Of a stretch of DNA of 64,000 nt, positions 50,050 through 61,233 are shown one piece after another. Numbering within the stretch: the stretch's first letter is position 1; each line of letters begins with the position of its first letter. The translations under genes were made by a program, and so were the position numbers. The DNA comes from Lytechinus pictus (Eukaryota), in NCBI RefSeq assembly GCF_037042905.1, contig NC_087245.1, positions 34,288,001-34,352,000 of the forward strand. The letters run 5' to 3'. The notes beneath the pieces are model-generated. The model worked only from the letters and a program-made list of their open reading frames with translations. It was not told where the DNA came from and did no database searches.

Positions 50050-50382
50050 GGCGGAAATAAAACGGACAGAATTAAGGCCACGCCCGCCCTTATTATCATA
50101 ATTGTTTTTCTAATTCTCTGAAATCAATGCGCAGTATTTTTTAATTCAATTATTAATATTATTTAATTAAGCAATAAAGGTGCCATGGTCGAGTGGCCCC
50201 TGATTCGGGGTTCGATTCCCAGGATTAACAAACATTTTTTAAAAAAGATTTTATACTGGAATACCTTTGTAATAATGTTAAGAAATATTAAAAAAGAAGT
50301 TGAAAACATCAGAGATATAGCGTGACTGGAGGCATATAATAAGGGCGGACGTGGCCTTAATTCTGTCCGTTTTATTTCCGCC
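50050..50382. mobile_element. MITE with 47-bp TIRs and an internal tRNA-like fragment
   Basis: GGCGGAAATAAAACGGACAGAATTAAGGCCACG.CCGCCCTTATTAT inverted with one mismatch. Confidence 0.85.
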
Positions 50383-51035
50383 TTGACCAGTGGTCAAACC
50401 ATGAATATTCTGCTGGTCAAACAAGGAAAAGATGAAGGAAGGATTTTACTTACTCATGTGTCCGTTTCTCTGGACAATCTTGGTAAAAACAAATATCAAA
50501 TCAATCAAGATTTATAGGGTCTATATGTAAGCTTGGACGATTCGCCCTTGATAGCTCTTTTTTTCAACGACAGGAAAAGAAGTAGCAAAGGGAATAATCA
50601 TGATCTATCTACTACGTGATTTGATTTTTCTTTACTACGTTTGAAACGCGGTAAGAGAGGATCCGATTTCCATAGATAGAACATTAGGTATACAATAATT
50701 AAGAATGAAAACACGAAAGAATAGTGCATTCTTTCATGGTTTTTATTCGACAATTGAAATTATAAAAATCATCTCAAACCTTGAGCCAAAACATGTCTAG
50801 GATATGATTCAATGTATTCATTTTGTGGTAATGAAAAGAGGACTAAAGAAAATACCTTATGTACATTTCATGCCCCGCCCTCAAAATAATCGTAATAGAT
50901 TTTAAAAAATAAATGTAATATTCACTTTCGTGAGGGATATGTTCTAAGCAGTAGAACCTCTGCTATTCGATATTTTCCATAATTATCAGATTTCAGTCAA
51001 AAGCATTGAAAACTATTGCTGGGATCTTTATATGA

Positions 51036-51077
<42 letters not shown>

Positions 51078-51082
<5 letters not shown>

Positions 51083-51701
51083 GAGGCCAGAAGTTTACAT
51101 ACACCCATATAATTCAAAGGAAAGTTGACACTTGCCAAACATCATAAAATTTACTCTATCCTATAAAATATTTGTGCTATCATGACGAATTTGATATAAA
51201 AAAAGTCATGCCCCTTCATCACATCGCTTTTTCATCAGGAGCTGAAAAATATTTAGGTGTAATTTTTACAAAAAAATCTTCATATTTTAGACAAATTCAA
51301 AATAAAAACTTGACAAAAACATTTCACATTTGTGCTAGTTACTTCTCAACACAAACATTTCAGATTACACTTTTTTGTTCAGTGGTGACATATCATGATA
51401 GAAAATGTAATATAAATCATAAATTTGACATTTATATTTTTCTGTGAAACGACGTTTGAAAATATAACAAACAATAGAATACATTTGGCACGAATATTAC
51501 TTTTTTTTTTCAAAGAAAATTCCACCTGAAATATACTTTAATCCCAACAGCATCCCAATCATGTGAAAGTCTTTCATTTGATACCAAATTCGTCATGACA
51601 GTAATGTATTAATATTTTTGAAGATATAGTAAATTTTACGATGTTTGGCAAGCGAACTTCACTGAAACCCAAGGGTGTATATAAACTTTTAGCCTCAACT
51701 G
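51078..51701. mobile_element. Tc1/mariner-type non-autonomous element next to (TA)n
   Basis: TIR (C/T)AGTTGAGGC.A.AAGTTTA.ATACACC inverted at both ends; TA flanks. Confidence 0.85.
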
Positions 51702-53297
51702 TATATGAACTTAAATACAAGAGTTGCCAAAGCTGTTGTATATTTATCATTTCTCAGACATATATAATAGTTTTACCCCAATAAAGTTTCAGCGCAGTGT
51801 TGACATGGTTGAGGGAAGGTGCAGTTCGAAGGGGAGGGTGTAGCATAGAGCTATTAATAGCTCCATGGGTGTAGGGTATAATGACTGTTTTATTTTCTTT
51901 ATAGGTAGGCCTATACTCAGAAAACAAGAGTCAAAGGTAGCATGTAATTTAGTTGTTTGTAATTGACATGTTTGAATTGGGTACACAACCGATGGCCATA
52001 ATCCAGTCATAAAAACCAAAGGTATGTCTGTTCAGTCTCATAATACGGTATGAATAAATGCACGTTCTTGGTTAAAACTCAGTTCTGTTCCAATTTCATC
52101 CACCCGGCTTCGACGCCATTTTTGTTTCTGCACTCAACATGTCCCCTTCTGCATAATAATCTATTTGCAAGTAATGTGAACATCAATATAGCATGCCCAA
52201 TTGTCATCGCATTCCCGGTTGTTAATTTCCATTGTGAATTTTTCGAAAAGATATAATGTAATCGATCCACTTTAGAGGGGGAAAAAAGGAGAGAAAAAAA
52301 AGTATACTGCCATCTTAAATAGGATCATATCCAGTGATAGTACACGTTTCTTTACGCATAATGCAATATCATACACCGGAATGAAATTACCTGTCCCTCT
52401 GTGCAGTTATAATACAAGAAAATGAAGGCTGTCAAATGTTTTCTGGCAGGTTATCTTTTCTCAATAAGACTAATAAAAGTAGGCCAACATAATGTACCAT
52501 TCACGTATGAACGATGAGCACTTATAAAATTGAAATATGACACAAAATAACTACTGTCTGTTTAAATAAAAGCTCACATGATGCTATGGCATTATAACAA
52601 TGGCTTGATCTAATATTAAATCAACGTTATAAAATTCTAATCAAAGCTTATAGTATAATTGATATATAATAATGTTATATACTTCATGGACATTTATACG
52701 TTTATTCATTAAAGTCATACTTGTAGATTTTTGTTATCGTTGCTGAAACTTTTTTCTTCTTCATTCCCAACGAATCTCCTCATTGCCCCGGTTAGGTCAT
52801 CTGATTAAGACAATTTGTTTTATCACTCAACTATTCGGAATTTATTAAATAACATTTTGGTGGTGTTTTCTTCTTTTTTTCGGGGGTTATTTTTATCTTT
52901 TTTTAATTATTATTATTTTTTGCTTGATACCGACGAACGCACATCATGTACATCGACAAATCTTTCATGTTCAGCCAATATATAGTTCAGTAATAGACAA
53001 CTATAAGAATATATCAATGTTATACCTGTTTCTTGGATATAAGTTAATCTGACCGCTCCTCTATACCCGTCACATTGCAGGGCACTAAAATTATCATGGC
53101 AGTTTTCAATATTTTTATATTATAATATCAATGCTTTATGGCAATTTAAGACATTTATAGACTTATAGAACCGAGAGGGTTCCCAAATGCCTTCCAACCC
53201 CTCCACCATCATGAAATTAAAAAAAATCATTTCAAACTTGCAAACAATTATATGTTTATACTATGGTACATATTTAGATAGAGACAGACAGACAGAG

Positions 53298-53562
<265 letters not shown>

Positions 53563-54860
53563 AAAAAAGAGGGGAGAAATTAGACTCATTTATCATGTTT
53601 CTGGGAACGTTTGGTCAATGCCCTCCTTCACCCTTTCACTTCATCATTTTCCAAGAAAAAATATTACTGAACAGTTTCTCCCACCGCACCCACAATGGTG
53701 TGCTGCATTAGTATCTCGTGACATTCAAAACGTTCGTCTTCATCGGGGTTACATACCTAAAAACAACCCATTTATCCATTTATCTGATTTAGCATCTAAA
53801 CACTCTCAGATATTACCTGGACCAACCCAAAGTTGGTTAAAATACGAACCTACCAACTGCTAGTTAAAAATCCAATTCATTTAGCATTCAAGTTTGTTTT
53901 AACATGTTTAACCAACAGTTGTTCATATTTGAACCAACTAGATGGATTAACAAATCTGTAAATGAACTTTAACTCATATACTCAAAACATTGGGATGAGA
54001 GAAGACAGTTTTTACATTTGATTTTTTCACTTTGTGTATATCCACCAATTGATTATTGAAAGACAATATGGAGTACATTTCTGTTTTGCTTTTCTTCAGA
54101 CCGAACTCCACGTGTTACGGGCTTATCATTCACAACACTCATAAATAGCCTCTTTTACACACATTCATATCTCTGCCGAATTGAGACAAATTTAATCGGT
54201 CTGATAAAGGATAGTTATGATAATAATATATTATTATAATGGTTCTTTATCAAACCTACAATGCATTATCACAACAACGAAGATTAAGAGTCATAAACCA
54301 GCCAGTTGGGCTATTTTAGCGTATCGTTTGGCTTGTTTGTGATAAATCTGATATACAGATAACATCCACCTAATATTGGCATGTCGTTAATATCCTGTCA
54401 AATCATTTTCTCATTAAAGATCAGAATGATGATGCTTTAAACAGGGAATAAGTGTTCCTTCTGTGAATACAGCTTCTTCTTTGGTTCTTATGATTATTTG
54501 TTTATCATGGAAACAACTAAACATATGAAATTAAATATATCTCGCATCGAGGAATGATTTCAGACTAGGGTGACACATTCATTTTCATTTACAACACATT
54601 TTTCACATTGTTGTAATTGCTTTATACCGACCCCCCCCCCCCCCACCCCGCGCCATGTTTATCATTTACACATTGTGTACAATTTTAAGTGAAATGAAGC
54701 CATGATGATAACAATTAAGAAAATCCTTCAAGAATTATCAGAGATACTGTTTTAAAGGCGAAAGTGATTTACGATGACGATTTTTTTCTCCAATGAACCT
54801 GCCAGTAATGTTTGATGCTCATGGGGAAAGGGGTGGTATAATATAGGACAAGGAGGAAAG

Positions 54861-54885
54861 TGATGATGATGATGATTGCGATTTG

Positions 54886-54916
<31 letters not shown>

Positions 54917-55192
54917 GATGATGGTGATGGTAATGATGATGATGATGGTGATGATAATGAGGATGATGATGATGATGATGGTGATGATGATGGTGATGAT
55001 GATGGTGATGTTAATGATGATGATGATGTTGATGATGATGATGATGACGATGATAGTGATGGTGATGATGGTGGTGATGATGATGACGATAGTAGTGGTG
55101 GCGGTGGTATAGCGGTAGAAGGGGTGATGGTGAGATTGATGAAGGTGGTTGTGATGGCAATGATGACAATTATGATGATGGTGGTGATGATA
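54861..55192. repeat. (GAT/GGT)n microsatellite
   Basis: Seen directly. Confidence 0.92.
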
Positions 55193-56700
55193 AAAGTGCA
55201 TCGATGCTGATGGCGACGCTATTTAGAAATATCAAATTATGTATAATGATGCCATGATGGTGATTATAGAAAAAACAAACATTACAAAGATATCGTTATA
55301 AAAAAAATTCATGTCAAATTGGGATCATCGTCAATTCATTTTAAATCCTTTTCGAAAACTGTGGGCAAACTCTACCATTGGAGAACGTCGTCAGGTCAAT
55401 CAACAGGCCCAAGTAAATTCTCTCACAATACATCTATTAAAACAAAAGTTAAAATAATTCAATATTAATCGAAATGTATATACTCACCCCAAGTCAAATA
55501 AATTCATACAAGTGCGATCATAGATTCCTACTTCAAGTTGAGTTTCGTTCTCCGAAAAAAAATACAAAAAAATGACTGTTTCTATTGACTAAAAATGTAA
55601 ATTGCTTTTCGTAAAAGTCCCGATTCCGGTTTCAGTTTAGTATATGCCTACGATGATGTCATAGATGACGAGTTTGAAATCAACGAGTGGCGTGTTGGTA
55701 CACTTGACCGACAACACCCCGTCGGTTTGCACAACACTTCCACGTTGTAAGGATACATTGCCCGTGGCATAAACCACTTCAAACTTACCCACTCGAAGGA
55801 GAAATGTGTACAACATAGAAACTTTCAAGGAAAATAGAACATCAAGCGCCCCATTGACGAGCGTAGAAAAATGCGTTCATTAAGCCCACTTGCCAAAACA
55901 GACATTGATATCAGGGGCCGGGAGGGGAGGGTCGATGAAGTTATCAAATTTGTTTTATATTCCCAACTTCTGATCTGAGGAGCGGTTCGCTTAAAAAAAA
56001 CCAAATTGAGAAAATCGTCTTCTTTTTTAACCCATCTTTTGTTCAAATTAGACAAAGAAAATGGACTTTAAAGCCATTCATTTGAGCAATAATAGCAATC
56101 TTTGAACCTCACCTACCATTAACCGTGGTATTATGAGTATATTCTAGCGGGAAACATATATTTGTGTTTGTTGAAAGTAACGGTAAAGAGCGCGTGCTCG
56201 ACTCATGCAGTCATTTATAACTCTTTATAGGTTATACTTAAACCTCAATACATTTGCTTCCCAAAAAGGGCGACCGCCCATGTCATTTCAAAGTGCTGGG
56301 GAAAAATGATAAAGGGAAGGGGAGAGAAAGCGGTAGAGAAGTGAGAAGGAAAAGTTTTTAATGTAAAAATAAGAGGTCTGAATCGAATAGCTCTATATAG
56401 CCCTTCCTATACAGGTTGGGTCGTTTTGCCCCCCCCCCCCCCATCAAAAATACCCTGACGCCGCCCTTGAAACGGAGCGAAGGTAAGACAGAGTAACTCA
56501 TTGGACATTACATGGGTTGAAAAACATTTTTAAAATCATCAAAAATTAAAATTCAGAACTCTTTCAAGAATATCGAGTCTTTTTTTCATTTTCTAGTAAG
56601 AAATGGGATCTTGCGGATTGTTATCGGCATCTTTGCTAAGCTATTTTCATAGAGATCCCGAATCTACCACGAATACTACTCCTATATCTGCTCCTCTTCC

Positions 56701-56731
56701 TACTATACTACTTCTTCCACTACCACTACTT

Positions 56732-56776
<45 letters not shown>

Positions 56777-56777
56777 T

Positions 56778-56827
<50 letters not shown>

Positions 56828-56866
56828 TTACTACTATTACTACTACTACTACTACTACTACTACTG

Positions 56867-56905
<39 letters not shown>

Positions 56906-56915
56906 TTACTACTAT

Positions 56916-56975
<60 letters not shown>

Positions 56976-57008
56976 TACTACTACTACTTCTACTACTACT
57001 ACTACTAT

Positions 57009-57050
<42 letters not shown>

Positions 57051-57086
57051 GACTACGACTACCACTACTACTACTACTACTACTAT

Positions 57087-57134
<48 letters not shown>

Positions 57135-57164
57135 GACTACGACTACTACTACTACTACTACTAT

Positions 57165-57215
<51 letters not shown>

Positions 57216-57229
57216 TACTACTACTACTT

Positions 57230-57268
<39 letters not shown>

Positions 57269-57284
57269 TTACTACTACTACTAT

Positions 57285-57335
<51 letters not shown>

Positions 57336-57349
57336 TACTACTACTACTT

Positions 57350-57391
<42 letters not shown>

Positions 57392-57392
57392 T

Positions 57393-57443
<51 letters not shown>

Positions 57444-57476
57444 TACTACTACTACTTCTACTACTACTACTACTAT

Positions 57477-57518
<42 letters not shown>

Positions 57519-57633
57519 GACTACGACTACTACTACTACTACGACTACTACTACTACTACTACTACTACTACGACTACTACTACGACTACTACTACTACT
57601 ACTACTACTACTACGACTACGACGACGACGACG

Positions 57634-57665
<32 letters not shown>

Positions 57666-57770
57666 TACTACTTCTGCTACTGCTGCTGCTGCCGCCAACA
57701 CCACTACTAATACTACTACTACTTCTACTACTACTACTACTACTACTACTACCGCTACTGCTATTACTCA
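56701..57770. repeat. (CTA)n microsatellite, ~1.07 kb
   Basis: Seen directly. Confidence 0.95.
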
Positions 57771-58269
57771 TAATTGATAATAATGTGCTCAATGCGCTGA
57801 GAAAAGGAAATTAGAAAAAAAAATTACATGGAGCAGGAAAAGACAAAGAATAAAAGAAACACAAACTACTTGAAGGCAATTTTAAACAATTGGGTTTTTA
57901 GAGCAATTACTTATAATTCTATTTCCATTACCATCACCTTAATTACTACTTGCGCTTTGTATCTGAGGAAAAGGCGCTATATAAATGAAGTGTATTATTA
58001 TTATTTATTACTTCTACGACTGAAATATTAAGTTAACTCATGGAAGCATGAGAAGGCAGTGAAGTAAGCGGACACATAATATGAAGGAGGGACATCAATA
58101 CGTAAAAATATGCACATTTTGGTCACGAGGTGGCAGCATGTAACTCCATTGACTTAGGTAATTCTTACTCATCGATTTAAATTTAAAAAAAAACATCAAT
58201 AGGCCTATACGATTATCTTCCTACAATGCTCATTTTGAATAAAATGAATTATAATATAGTTGTGACTTC

Positions 58270-60956
58270 TGTTAACAAATTAAGCCACAGGAGTTTAAAG
58301 TAGGATGGTAGTTTATAAATTTGATGGTCGATATTCCGAACGCACTAGAAATAAACAGTTCAGGCACACAATTCCATACAGTTATGCTTCATTTAATCAC
58401 AGCAATCAACAATGCTCCAAGTATCGCAGCGGTTCACAAATCATAAGCAAAAGATGTAAACAGTTTAATAACTGGACGGAGTTGAGCGTAAATGAAGTAT
58501 ACAGATGAATAATTAAACGACGAACAATTGTACAGAATAGTGAACAGTGTAGTGAACGAAGCTAGTAAATGAACTGAGTGTAGTAAGCGAGTGTATTGAG
58601 TGAGTGGTTTGCTGAAATATAAGAAAGAAGATAAACATATGATAAATACATGATTAACAATCATTATCAAACAACTAACGACAACAGAATATCTTCTTGA
58701 TAACTAGTAAAACATAAACAAGACTATAACAATCTAATACATATCGCTCAGGTATATATACAATGATGATACAACATAATAACTAAAATATGAACTTAAA
58801 CTCATCATATACCAAAGATAAATCGGTACTAACTGTAATCCTAATACTACTAAACACAAGCGGTTGTGTAAACAGACCCCAGTCATGGTCAGAACTTCGT
58901 ACCCATGGCAACCGTCAAGTTGACAGCCTTGCCACAACTTTTGCCCATTGACAAATCTGTACACTCCAGAACAAAGACGTAATAGTAGGTGCACTTGTGT
59001 GTGTGCATGTATATGGTCAAACTTTCTCTTTCTCTCTCTCTCTCTCTCCGTCTCTCTCACTCTAGCAATCCTCTAAAGCCCCTTTCACAATTGACGTACG
59101 ACCTGTTTACGACCGCCTGCAACAGTTTTTTCTTGTTGTTGCACGATCGATCTCTTGGTGTCTTGCGAGCACTCGCAGTGGTTGTAGACGAACGCACGAA
59201 TTTGAGGTGGTCGTGACTGGTCGCATCTGAATTTGAACATGTTCAAAATCCAAACGCGATCAAATACAATTGATTTACTCGCATCAGGTCGTACCATCGG
59301 TCGGGCGATCATCGTGTGAGTGTTGTTCAACGTTGTACGACTTGGTGCGAGAGGTGACACAACTACGTATAGTCGCATTTAGTCGACTGGAGGTCGTACA
59401 ACACTTGCACATGCGCTAGATACCTACAGAGACCAGTCTTGCGACTGGTTGCGATAATATAAGACTGTTGCAAGACCGATCGAAATTACGGCTTACAACA
59501 TTCCACTACCGTTGCATTCGCATGTATGCGACCGTACAGCCCCTTTCACAATTGACATCCGACCAGTTTACGACCGCCTGCAACAGTTTTTCCTGCTGTT
59601 GCACGATCGATCTCTTGGTGACTTGCGAGCACTCGCAGTCGTTGTAGACGGTCGCACGAACTCAAGGTGGTCGTGACTGGTCACATCTGAACTTTGAACA
59701 TGTTCAAAATCCGAACGCGATCAAATACGACCGATTCACTCGCATCAGCTCGTATCCGGGGTCGTACCATCGGTCGGGCGATCATCGTGGGAGTGTTGTT
59801 CAACGTTGCACGACTTGGTGCGACAGGTGGCACAACTAAGTAGTCGCATTTACTCGACTGGAGGTCGTACAACACTTGCACATGTGCTAGCGACCTACAT
59901 GTACAGAGACCTGTCTTGCGACTGGGTGCGATAATATGATGGGCCATAAGACTGTTGCAAGACCGATCGCAACGGCTTACAACATTGCACTACCGTTGTG
60001 TGCGACCGTTCCCCTCGCAATCCCTCGTGCAACACTCGCATGTGATCGCACAAGCACAATAGGATCATAAGCGACTTACTCGTGCAACGGGTTTTAATGG
60101 TTGTTTTTGTTGTACGACAGCTGTTGCAACTGTGAAAGCCTCTGTGCGATATTATGAGATGACTGGCGATTGATGCCTGTTGCAGCCTGTCGCACGACCA
60201 AAAGGTCGCAAGTGGTCGTACGTCAATTGTGAAAGGGGCTTTAGGAAACCTCATTTAGAATTACTAATACATGTATATCAAATACTAATAATCAGAGTAA
60301 TGTAATGTCTATTAACTTAATTACACATAAGAGAGATGCATTAATTCATATACATTATTACAATCAGAACCAGAATTTCTCCCTTCTTAACTTAAAGAAG
60401 TATTATATAACATTAGGCGGAGTAGTATATATACTCGACTGAGATGCAGTCATCACAACTTCATGACAAACAACAATATTTATGGTTTAAATACAGAAGA
60501 AAGTCCCTTTAACTAGTACAAGATTATCAGTACAAATATGTATAAAGTATACAAATAATATAATTTCAACTCACCAATTGTTTGACCTCCAAATCTATGC
60601 AATTTTCTTCAAGTTTTATAACAAAATGGTGAACACGTCTTGACTGTGGAACTTTCCTTTGTCTTCTGATGCCAAGTGGGATAACTTTGTGGTATCTCCT
60701 ATTTCTTGGTATCTCTGAGTCATGTTTAATTTGCATGCTTGGCCAATGTGTTGACCAATTGGATTACTGTTGCTACCTGATTATACACTGGGCATGGTAT
60801 ACTTGACCAACCAGAATTGGTACATTTAGAAACATTTTGTCACCAGGAGAGGAAAGTGAGATCCTAACCAACAGACACAAAATAACTTTGCACACAGGTA
60901 ACTTTGTTCATTAATAGGCTTAGGTTTCAGACCCTATTATATTTCATGCCGCAACA
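58270..60956 (-). repeat. Putative 3' LTR of the BEL element (~1.5 kb once the nested MITE is removed)
   Basis: On the minus strand, GGGGCCGGTA (PPT-like, 60957-60966) precedes TGTTGCGGC. Candidate distal end is ...GTTAACA at 58270, giving TGTT...AACA termini. Distal end cannot be verified without the 5' LTR. Confidence 0.6.
59076..60241. mobile_element. Non-autonomous DNA transposon (Harbinger-like ends) nested in the LTR, with a duplicated left arm
   Basis: TIR AAGCCCCTTTCACAATTGACGTACGACC / GGTCGTACGTCAATTGTGAAAGGGGCTT, with TA on both sides. A second left-end copy starts at 59538. Confidence 0.88.
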
Positions 60957-61233
60957 TACCGGCCCCAATGAGCTGACTCACCCATAAGCTCATTCCTACC
61001 ATTAGAACGCGGCATATATAAACAATACAAGTATGAACAAAACAAACATAACATTATAACAATAATCAACTAGAATACATATCCAAATGACTTCAAACAA
61101 CAATCAATGACCTGTAGCTATATCTTTCTACATACATATCTAAATCACAATTAAATATTGGGACTCAGAAACAAAACTCAGAATAAATAGCATTCACTAT
61201 TATTCACTACAACATTAAATAATTTTCCATTAT

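Noticed and set aside
55620..55990. Coding-like GC-richer patch as an exon of another gene
   Set aside because: Frames are short with stops and no recognisable domain; more likely non-coding unique sequence.
56603..57814. 333-403-aa poly-L/S/V ORFs
   Set aside because: Translations of (CTA)n.
59076..60241. CRISPR-like array or coding ORFs in the repeat-rich segment
   Set aside because: There are no regular repeat-spacer units and the context is eukaryotic; it is explained by a TIR element with a duplicated arm.
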